From Trichoplax adhaerens (Eukaryota > Animalia > Placozoa): a stretch of DNA of 64,000 nt. This document shows positions 1 to 11,400 of the stretch, piece by piece. Each line of letters starts with the position of its first letter. Position 1 is the first letter of the stretch. The stretch covers positions 7,425,880 to 7,489,879 of the forward strand of contig NW_002060947.1 in the NCBI RefSeq assembly GCF_000150275.1, given 5' to 3'. The position numbers and the translations under genes are program-made. Under the pieces are notes generated by a model. That model did no database searches. It was not told the DNA's origin and was given only the letters and a program-made list of their open reading frames with translations.

Positions 1-17
1 GGGCTTGGCAAGCTTAC

Positions 18-3000
18 CTTCGCTGCAATTGTAGCCTGTATAGCCTGCTGTACAGTTGCAGGTAAATTCATCAACAAAATCTGTACAAGTACCATGAATG
101 CAAGGATTTGATGCACATTCGTTAATATCTATAGCATAATGAGAAAAATTTAATCAATCTTCCTAGTCACTAGTTACACTTTAAGCTACATTCTCCTGGC
201 TACATTCCCTGGAAATTAAGTAATCGATGAACTACATTTACGATGATCATCAAACTAGATCCGGTATGAGTTGATAGGGTTCTTCGACCTCAAAGTTATA
301 CGTAAACTAATCAACGGCAGAAACATGTAGAGAATAACTACTTATTGCTATAGTACATAGGCTTATGTTTAATGCATAGAAATGCATAAATCAATTATTC
401 GATCCTTGTATGAATAATATTCAGATGTGATTGAAAGTCCTATCATGTATTGCCAATCGTGAAATCATTTTAACAAGTCTACACTGTCAGTATTGCGTTT
501 ATATCTCACCCGTTTGGCATCGATGACCAGTATAACCGGGATCACAAATGCAAGTTAATGTTGAATTGCCTTCAGTATCGATGCAGGTTGCGTTATTTTG
601 ACATATAGTCCCACACGTTCTGGTATCTAATTACGACAGCATGATACAATAATACAATAAATCATATATATTTATGATTAATCTATTCAAGCTAATACCG
701 TATAAAGATGAATTTGTTAATACATGATTTCATAGCGATTTAGAAATTGTATTATGTTGATTTTTGGTTTTGAAAAATCGAAATTAAAATAAGCGTATTG
801 TATTAGTTGATCAGTTGCCTAGAATAAATTATTGCAAAAAGTATGATCTATGTTACTTGACTGTAAAATTATTCTAATGAACTATAATAAAAACTGTAGC
901 TAGTAGAAAGCTACAGAGTGGCCAACTCGACCTCTTATGAGCAAATTCGATGTCAATACTTTATATCTTGCAGTGCAATCTAACCTGAGACACTCATGCT
1001 ACTTTTAGATATTCTCGAAGAGCAGATGATTATTACATGCCATGCAAAAGGCAATAAGCCTCGTACTGGCTAGGGTTTACAGGTTGCTATCTTGCAATGA
1101 CCTACCTAGATGGATCAACTGAAGGTAATTCTCTTCGAAACCACACAGAAATGTTGGCTTTAATATCCAATAACGTGTTAGAATTATTTGACATGCTTGA
1201 TTACGTGTTTCTTGATAGGTTATTGAAGGCGAAGGAAGTTTAACACCAGGACAGTCTTGACCATCGTAGACTAGAGGCTGACCAATAGACGACGGAGCAA
1301 GATCTTCAGGACATACTACAGTTACATTGGCAGGTTCAAGGTATTCTTGCAACGGATAGGCAATAATAATTCTTTGCATGCCTTCAGCAGAAGTATTACA
1401 ATCATCGGATACAAACCAGTGTCGATCAATTTGTAGACCACAGCTTGAATTAGTGATCTGGTCTATATAAGAAATAGGATTGATTGTGCAGCGAAAATCA
1501 TCCGTTGCATTTGCATAGCCAGTAGTTATTGGGTTGGAGCTAATATTTTGAGGAGCACAACTCCTAGATGTCAAATTGGATGGGATAAAAAGTTGTAATG
1601 GAGATAGAATTAAATCTTCATCGATGCGTCCATCACCATCATCATCAATTCCGTTAGGCAATTCTTCATCTACTCGATAATCACAGTCATTATCCAATCC
1701 ATCAGCTGGTTTACCGATGGGTTTACAAATAAGTGATAACGATTGGCCTCCTGGGTATCCTAAACCTGTAGAAGAACCGGCACCATAAACTCCAACGCCA
1801 AAGACGACGTTAGGATCCAGATGATTTAAGGTGATGCTGCTATCTTGAGCTGGTATGGTGTAGTAAGCGACAGAAATATTAGTATTATTCACCAAAGACC
1901 AGGAAAAAGAGTAGGAAGCATTATTTAATAGCAAACCAGTTATCTGATCACTCTCTATTTGGATATAAACATGAATATCACCAGAAAAAGAAGCTCCAAG
2001 TAATTCTGGTACAGCTACTCGATAATAGTTCAAGAATTGTTTTAGAGGTGTAACTGTGATCATCCATGAACTTTTCAATCTATGTCGACTATAAGAAATA
2101 ACTAAACATGGCTGGCTGCATTGCAAGAGTATCTGCTTGTTTTTAGCTAATTCAACATCAGTATATTGTGCTACATTTAGAGTAGTATTAATTTTTCCTT
2201 CTCCATATATCTTTGTGTTATTATAGCCTGCTACGATTCGAAATAAGACACTATCGCTAACAGGAAAAGCATTTAATATATAATTGACGCCCCAAGTAAG
2301 TAGTGGAGGCAATTGCTCAATTAAATTATTATGTATTCCTGAAGTAAACTTTTTGCGTTTATTACCACTTACAAGCATGATTGGCTTATCGGATTGAATC
2401 CATGTCCCGGTTAAATCTAAATTTGAACTTATAAATTGAAATAATTGACTTTGATTTAATGCAATCGTTAAGACGTCTTGTGGGCTATAAACTTGGCCAA
2501 GATAAGTAACTGATATTGGAAATGTAATATTAACTTGAGTAACATTTTCAGTACCAATAATAGCAAATTGTGATTGCGTTGTTGGAACTTGCGTTACAAC
2601 AGCATATTTTGTCATTAAAGAAGATTTAGGAAGAGCTAAATAACCTTCTGTGGAGATCTGCGATGAAATATATACATTGATTCCAATGGATGAGTTGGCT
2701 AAAATTTTTATTACTTTCCCACTAAAACCAATAGCATCGTTGAGCAAAAAATCTAATGGAATTGAAAGTTTTGTTATTGTGCTAGCAGATGATATTATAG
2801 TGCTGTAGCTATAATCCAATTCGCCATGTGAAGTAATACTAATGAAAGTTGATGATGACTGGCTCATAACGGATAACGATAATTCCTCATTTAAACCTCC
2901 AATCTTTAACATTGGCAAGAATCCTATATAAAACTCTTGGCCATAGCTTGTAGAAGCCTCACCTAATTAGCAATATTAGTGGAATGCAAGCATGAGATAT

Positions 3001-3337
3001 TTAAGAACAGATAGGTAATGATTGCTCTAAATGATTCAGTAATAATGTTATTGCAACTTTGCTATGAAATGGTAATACTCCTTAGCTGTGCTCAAGTAAA
3101 CTGAACGAGAATTTAATTCTATTACTATATTAAAGTAACAATCTAAAAGTTTTCAATTGCACTACGCTAATGTATAGAGAATTTAATGTAGCTAAGCAAG
3201 GGTAAACCAAAGCAGAAATAATTGCTTTGATTTCAAAGTTTATTAAGAGAATAAAACAGCGTATCATCATATAGCCTACCTGGAATTACTGAGGAGGTTA
3301 GAATGGAAATGAGGATGAATAAAATGAATCTGACCAT
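18..3337 (-). CDS. Secreted/surface protein: IgGFc-binding (FCGBP N-terminal) domain + two DGxD(N/D)D acidic repeats + two HYR-like Cys modules + EGF and Ca-binding EGF domains; 3' end lies beyond the window start
   Basis: Exons 3337-3280 (signal peptide MVRFILFILISILTSSVIP), 2962-1106 (GQEFYIGFL, GYLALP, DLTGTWIQSDKPIMLVSG, LIEQLPP..TWG, GLGYPGG; DGLDNDCDYRVDEE, NGIDDDGDGRIDED; IDRHWFVSDDCN), 626-510 (EGF: CQNNATC..CICDPGYTGHRCQ) and 128-18 (cbEGF: DINECASNPCIHGTC..CTAGYTGYNC). All joins are phase-1 GT-AG. Confidence 0.85.
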
Positions 3338-6204
3338 TTTCTATCGCGAATTAATCATACAGAATCTAGAAACAAATAAAATTCCTTCAATAATATAAAA
3401 TGAATTGCTCAAGAGGTTTGAAAATTTTTTAAATTAGAACTTCTAGATGCCGAAAGATAATAATTAGTCCAAACAGAATGTGAGAAATTATTTAATAATA
3501 CTAGAAGTCTTCCTTGAGCTATGCAAGCATCAAATATTATTGTTATGTTAGCGAATATTCTAACAGGAAGCATTCTACTGTATAATTATCATTATTGAAA
3601 GAGAAGTTTGAGACAATAATTAAATACAATAAAGTTATTTCAGTTCTGTCATCTCAACTTGTAAAATTATAGGAGAAAATCAATCTATTCAGGCAAATCT
3701 ACTTTTGAACAGTGATAATGGCTAGATAGTCCCTAAACAATTACTTTTTATTCAAATAGATCTAATACAAGGCAGAACTTAAAATCAAGTCAAGTGAGTC
3801 TACCTCAAGATATAGTTGAGGTCAGGCAGGATTCCCATAAACTTTCTATCTGTATCCGTTAAATCACTGCTATCAAAATATTATGACCCATAGAAATTAA
3901 TCAGGTTCCTTTCTCTTACGAACAACTTTTACTAAAGATCAAGGTCATTTACTTTTCTAAATTGATGCCTGTACAATTAAACTCTATCAAGTGCAGACCA
4001 AATGAAACTTGGAAACTACCCTTCCTAGGCATAAATTCATTAATTTATTGACTAAAAGTTTAAAGAAATGCTTAAAATCTTTTCACATATTGAGTATAAG
4101 TTATGTAATATTCTATGATTAAATATTGAAAGGAATAATGGGATTACTGGCCTTTAAAGAATAATCTTGAACTAAAATAACGTATTCCGTGCAATGAAAG
4201 ATCAAGAACTGTTTCTCTATCTCTATAATTTCTTCTTCTCTAGCCAAGTAAATAATCATACTTTGAAATAACATTAGCTAATATAATACGCGATGCAATG
4301 AATAATATCCTGAAAATATAATGTATGTCAGAACAGAATCTATATGGTCGTCTAATAAATGGACTTACTATCTACCTTTTGGACTACCACTGAAGTACAT
4401 TATGGAATGATTCATGCAGTAATGTGGTCAATATGCAAATAAATAGAAGCTGTCCGCATTATTCACTTTTACATCAAATTGACTCAATGGATAATGAAGG
4501 TACCTTTGGCAGAATAAAATTGGAATAAAAATTCTGTTCGCTCTTCAACGGAAATTTCTTGAAGGAATATTAACTTGATCATAAATCAAGGATAAAGCAT
4601 GTTCTTTGTCAGCAGATGGGATAGTAAGGATTGAATTGGATTAGCCACATTGACATTATTGAATGACGTTAACCGTCCACTAGCCAATGTTGGATAAAGT
4701 AGATAAGATTGTTCTTAATATCAAGAAATTAAACTAATTAACTTTCTACAGTTTCAGCAATGTGTTGATGACAGTATTGTTGCTCCATCATGGGCGGCGG
4801 AATGCTCATGGCTAGGACAAAAGATTGCAAACCTCGCCTAAACTGCATTGTTGATATTTTCATCTTCTGATCATCGCTCTTCATCAATAAGCGATAAAAA
4901 TAATCTCTTCAAAACTATGACTTAATTAATAATGGAGTGTCAACACTATTATCTTATCTAAGGCACTTTGATACAATAGCCAATCGTATTTAGCTTCGCG
5001 AATGTTTGAGTACAAAGGAAAATGATTTAATTATAGATAAGCGGTTGCTAGATTAATATTATTTTACTGATTAATAAACAATCAACTAGATGGGAAAGTA
5101 ATCTTAATCGGATATTTTCAAATAAAAACATTATGCCAAGAATAATATTACGCCACAAAGAAGATTCTACTATAGCTTCAATCCTATCAATGACTATAAA
5201 TTGCTGTGTTTTGATATTCATAGCCTTAACAATTCATCTTTGTTAAAATGAAAATTGTGGAATAGATGAATGGTTTAACATTTACAGCTAAATATATTTC
5301 TATTCAGGCTGATTATGTAATGCATCTGTTGGATAAGTGTAATGTAACTTAGTATTGTGATTGTAGACTGTTAGCCATGTTTAGTATACAGTAATGTACG
5401 GCAGATATTTATCCTAAGAGATATTTGGTAGCTATAACTATAGATTGTAGTGGTAGAGACTCTATGCTAGAGTACAGATCACTATATACAGTAAGCTGTT
5501 GAGTTACTAATAAGGCTATACGTAAAATAGAACTGTAAATCATATATTAGGATATGGTTAATTCATTGTACTTTGGCTGGTGTGAATAATGTCTACGTAA
5601 GTACTGTAGTCGTATCCATATTGGATTAATGATGGTCCGCAGTAGAATAGTCTTACTAAGAATAATTTAACTATGTGTAAAATAAGGTAAAAAGTTGCTA
5701 TGCGGATTGTAGCTGCGAATGCTACGGAAAGTATAAAAGCATGCAACTTTAGATTATTCTATTAGTTCGTTGTAGAAGTCTTAACTAGTAGTATTCGGCT
5801 AAAGTAGAGCTGTGTGTAGTTAATCTTTGTATAAGATTCAATAAAGCCCTTATTTTTCTAAAATTTGGAATCTCGTGATTAGTATATATCACAATAAGTA
5901 ATGTCGTTTATGCATAGATGAATAACAAGACGTGTCGTTTATAATCTTTTAATTTCATCTATTTCTGTAGCAATTTTACCCTGGCAACAATGTTGAAACT
6001 TGATTTCTCTATTCTCTACTTCATAAACATGAAAAAAGTGCAACATTATTCTTTCACCTCACGAGACGCACTACAATAACCTATTTAAATAGATTAGATC
6101 TGATATAAAAATGGTATCGAGTAAAAATGAAAGCAATGGAATCTGCTTTGTAGGCGTAATTTGTTGGTTTGACTGTGATTTATAGCCGTTACTTTAAAAA
6201 TTAT

Positions 6205-6680
6205 TAAAGATTATCCTATTTTTCGATTTAAAGCAATGATAATAAGTCTATTTATAGTAAATTAATAAACAGCAAGTATCGACTGGACAGATTGAAGTTG
6301 TTTGGGATACCCTGTTATTTCAGAAATTATTAAATGTTATTCTATTTTTCGATTTAGAAGATAGCTAAGTCTATTTATAGTTGACTGGTTATCAGTTAGT
6401 CGCTACGGAACAGATTGAATTTGTTTGGAATATCGATGATTTTAATGCAGGGTTCAATATAACAAGTTTAGAACTTTTCTTATTGAGGAAAGATGCATAC
6501 GAAGAAGACAGATATTGATGACGTATACATACATATATTCTGCTAAAAATTTTTATTGGATGGACCATCGTTGATACCCAATTTCACTATAAATTATGAT
6601 GATGCGACGTTATTTTTTCAATTTAGAACGAATAAAAGTTCTATTTAAAGTTATTCAATTACCGGTGAATTTCGACAAGG
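6205..6680. repeat. Degenerate direct repeat, about 3 copies of ~100-125 bp
   Basis: The core tatttttcgattta...aagtctatttatagt recurs near 6215, 6340 and, more diverged, 6610. Confidence 0.55.
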
Positions 6681-8402
6681 AGAATTTAATTTGATAATGA
6701 CAGCAGGAATTACAACATGGAGTTCAATGTAATTCTTGTAAACATTTTTTATTGGATAAAGACCGATGGCTAGTAATTGGTGATAGAATATATTGCCTAT
6801 TGATTTTGTAAAATGATGGACTTTTTAATAAATGTGGTAACATATTGTTTTTTTTAACATATTTGCAGATTTCGTAATTCAGTAAGATATTAGATTAACA
6901 AATGAAGAGTAGCATATATTCATACACTAATAAGACTAGAATTAAGTGATAGAAAATAACGTAATGGCTAACTTAAGTTTATTAAGTGATTAAATCATAG
7001 AACACAACTTAGCGAATTTATGTATTTATCACGACATGGAGGTAAAGATGGTTCTAGCCAAGATGTTGATACCAGTACTTGGACTAACTTGAGAGCTTAT
7101 ATCGGTTTTAATAGGAAAGTTTCTAGCAAACTCACGACCGGAGTCCCAAATTTACAACTAGTAGTTGAGAGTATTACCGGAAGATTGCCGATGAATTACT
7201 GATCGTTAAATCATGGAATGAAAATAAGGCAATTATGATAAAATGCTTCATTTCAAGTTTATTAATTTAATTAACGCATACCTGTACATCAGAAAGCAAG
7301 CATATTACATAAATTCTTAGATAGCAATAAGTACTAAGAATAATTATGCCAGCATTTCTTTAGGCGCAGATTAATTCTAAATAGATTTTCTATCAGATAT
7401 TTATCTCATAAGTTAAGCAATATTATCAAAATAATTACGGTAGTTATATAAATGAAGCCTTTATTTATGTTATTTAGATCATTTCTCTTAATGTAGACTG
7501 TTACGAATACAGGTAATTATGGCCATGAACTCTATTCCAAAAATCGATAGATTATAATCCTGTTCAAACTGCCTCTCATAGAGGCGCAATACGCTAAAGT
7601 TTGTCCTTGAGTAATCAAAATTTTCAGATTATCGAAGTTGATCTCTTTACTCGTATATAAATAGCTATATTCAGTATGTGAATAATTACAGAAGTAGTAG
7701 TTATTGCAATAATTAAAAAAATTATATCACTTTGATTATTACAGTGTATTAATATCGCAACACGTTAACTAATATCTTATTAGATTATAGTGATCATAAT
7801 TTGACTTGTGATATCAATGTGTAAATAGCCGTATTCCGTTCCGAAATAATCATCGAATTATAAGGATAATTAAATCCTAAAGCTATCTGCAGAAAGGCCA
7901 TTAGTCAAGCCAAGATATTATAGCAAATTTGAGAAATTTCTATCTAATTTCGTGGATGCAAGGAATTGTTATAGTCAGTATCTCTACTAATTTACTATAC
8001 AAAAATTGAATTGCATGAAGTAGAGTAATCAAGAGCACCTAATTACTAAATATAACAAATTTATTAACCAACCATGCTGACACTTTTGCTCTTTAATGCA
8101 GCATTTTAGACATTCATATTGTTAAGATGTTACCATATGATTAAGTATTATTAATCTAGCAAATCTGTCAGTCTATTACAAATAGATAAATATATCAGTT
8201 TTCCTTAATTGAAACTTAAATCATTCATTATACTCATTATAAACTCAATTGATAAAGATGCATGAATTGCATTAGACAGGCTTCTAGACGGTATCTTTAA
8301 GTGTACTAAAAGTATAAAAGTCATAAGAAATAAACGATAGAAAGATAATCGCTATTGCTATGCAATTTTTCCTGTTGATAAAATAGTATTTTTAGGTTAA
8401 GT

Positions 8403-11400
8403 TTAAGAACGAGATTTAGCAACAAAGATAGCAATCCCTACTGCACTAATACCCAACAAAGCTTGAATGTAATACTGCGATTCACGATCAGTTTCATCGA
8501 TTGAAGTTTTCGCTTTATCTACGGCTTGGCGGTTGGATAACAAGCCTAGATTAACTGCATTTAAGACTTGAGATGTTTTCCTCCATACCTCACGACCACT
8601 TTCTTGAATTCTAATTAACGTTGGTGTTATAGATGGATCATTTTGGACACTTTCTTGCTCATTTTCTTCCTGATTCGATACTTGAATCTGATCGACATGA
8701 TCTTCCGCTTCTTTTAATTTAACTTCACGATCCTGTAATAATTTACGATGTTCCTCAAGTTGTTCCTCTTCTTGACATAACTTAGAATTTAATTCTGTCA
8801 TTTCTTTCTCTTTCTTGTCAATAAAATCCTTTACTAAGTGTTGATCATGAACTTTATCCACAATTTTTTTGCCAATCTGACTGGCTTTGATCAGCCTTGA
8901 TTGTAAATCATCCCGGCATTTTTTAGTATTGACTTGGGTAGCAAGATTCTCTTGTTGTGCTTGCTTTACTTCCAAGCTGCGTATTTGCAGCTGTGTCTTT
9001 AAATATAGACACATTCGTTTCCAGTTTTCACATTGCCATTTTGTTAATCGCTCTTGCAAGCGAGCTAATAAGATTTGCTGATATTGATCTTCTATTTTAG
9101 GATAGTTCATTTTATGGCATGAAGAAAAATTTTCTTTAGCTTCTTCAAGATGTTGCTCATGCAATGCAAACAGAACGTTATCCTCAACATAGATTGGATG
9201 CTTCTCTAGCTCCTGTAGATAAATAGTTGTAATTAAGAATCAATTCAATTTCAACCAAAACTAAAAATGGTAATGTCTAAGAATGCTGAAATTGTATGTG
9301 AGCTCTTCAATAGGATAAATCAAGCTCAGTGATTTTAATTTGCAAGGTAGATTTTGATATTTTTAGTAGGAAATAAAATTTTTTTATCGAACGTAATATT
9401 AATATTTTAAATACTCTATCTACCGGGATGGCTATAATAGCCGGAAATAGATACTTAGACGTAAATAAAGTATGAGATGACAAGCACCTTTGCCATGGCT
9501 TGATCGTAAGTTTCCAAGATAGCATCAACAGCACTTTGGTAAGTTGCCTCAGCCGTTGCCTATTCATTTTCGATTGGTAAATTAAGCCTACATAAATCAT
9601 CTTGTGTTCAAGCTTACTTAATAAAGGATTGTATTTACCTCGAAAAGAAACTTTGGTTCAGGTAGCTGACCTCCTTGCAAAGTTGCAAAAAATTGCTAAA
9701 TCAAAAATATAATAAATTAATTGAAAGTTAGATAGAATGGTAAATTACAATTATTCAAAATTAAACACTCTTGCAAGCTACTAACTTTGAAAATCGATGC
9801 TAAATCACGACAAGTCATCTGTCTATGATTAAATCTTTTAATTTGAAGGTTTTTTGGATGTAATAAATGACTTGCTAAAATTTGAACATGATCTTTAAAG
9901 GGCTTATTGATGTCTAAACGTATTAAAGAGCATGCGATGGGAAATAAAATAAATCATTCATATAGAAAAGAGCTATAATATTTTTCTAATCTGACATGGT
10001 ATAACTAGCCTCGATTACAAGAGCTAGAAGTAGAATAATTAGGATGAAATCGTTCCGTTACTGATGATACTAATCTCTTAGTTTCCTAATTGGATTAGCT
10101 AAATTTGTGTAATTAATAAAAGTGGATTATAATGACTGAAACGATAAGATTCAAATCTTTCCCTTAAGTATGATCATAATCTCTTAGTCTCTTAATGATA
10201 TTAGTTCAGTTTGTGTAATGAATACAAATGGGCTATAATAAATATAATGATAAGATTCAAACCATTTCATTAAGTACGGTAATGATCTCGTAGTCTCCCA
10301 ATTAGATTAATTAAATTTGTATAATTAAAAATAACCTGATAGGTTTCCCACGAATTTGGCGCTACTTGCTACTTTATCACCAGGATATGGAAATAGGTAG
10401 CAGTCGACATTTTCAAAGCAGGATAAGATAAAGTTATTGACTCTTTCCAGTTCTTCCGGTATTCCATCGCTCATCTTATAGGTAAAAATAGACGTTCGTT
10501 AGCCTAATAATCTATAGCCTAACAGAAAATAGACTTAATAGCTTTTTGCTGTACCTCTGTCAGTAAATCCTGGAGGTACTTATTACCACCATAAACACCA
10601 AATTCATATTCATCATAGTTAATCCAATCTCTTACCAAAAATGTTAAGTTCTAATAATTATAGTTTTAGATTTAATCTTTGCTGCTATTAATTTCATCAT
10701 ATAGTTTGTTATATCTGTAATTGCAGTTGGGAGACTGCGTAGGACTCATATTTTGAACATAAAATTTCCAACCTGAAATGGTACCGCATTTCGATTTTCT
10801 GTAACATATTTTGCATATTGAGTTACAAACTAAATAGAATGTGAAAGAGATTTAAGAATTTCAATTACTTTACCGAGTATCCTTAAAATGATATGTAAAT
10901 AAAAAAATTATTAAAATTTGATTGTGCTACATATTGTTATCGATTAACCTTTAACTGCTCAAATTCAACCTGGCTGATATTTTTTTGGACATTGATAATC
11001 TGTAAAAATTAATTTAATCTATAGTTATATCTTTAGGTCTATATACTAGTCTTTTAGTAGTGAAAATCGACATAAAATCTTATTATTGACCAAAAAATTG
11101 ACCGATGAAACTCTAATGCTGCAACATTAGATTTATCTAAATCTATCCTTTATAATTAAGCGATGAATGTAATTTTAGAGCTGTATGCTATTTTTTAAGT
11201 AGTAAAGAATCGAACACAAATATCTGTATTGATCAAAAAATAGACACTTAAGCTCTAAACTACAACATCAAATATGTCTATGTGTATTCTATTTGAATTA
11301 AGCTATGATTATAGCTATAAACTTATATGCTAGTCTTGTAGTAGTGAAAAATTGAATAGAAACTATCAGATTTGACCATAAGTTGACCGATGAAACCCTA

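Noticed and set aside
4480-4870. Slightly GC-richer, exon-like patch upstream of the FCGBP-like gene
   Set aside because: All frames examined are interrupted and no motif was recognised.
7020-7202. 60-aa plus-strand ORF
   Set aside because: It is isolated, with no splice partners or recognisable similarity.
8887-9600. ORFs 8887-9081 (+) and 9307-9600 (-)
   Set aside because: These are an antisense shadow and a wrong-frame read-through of atlastin-like exons.
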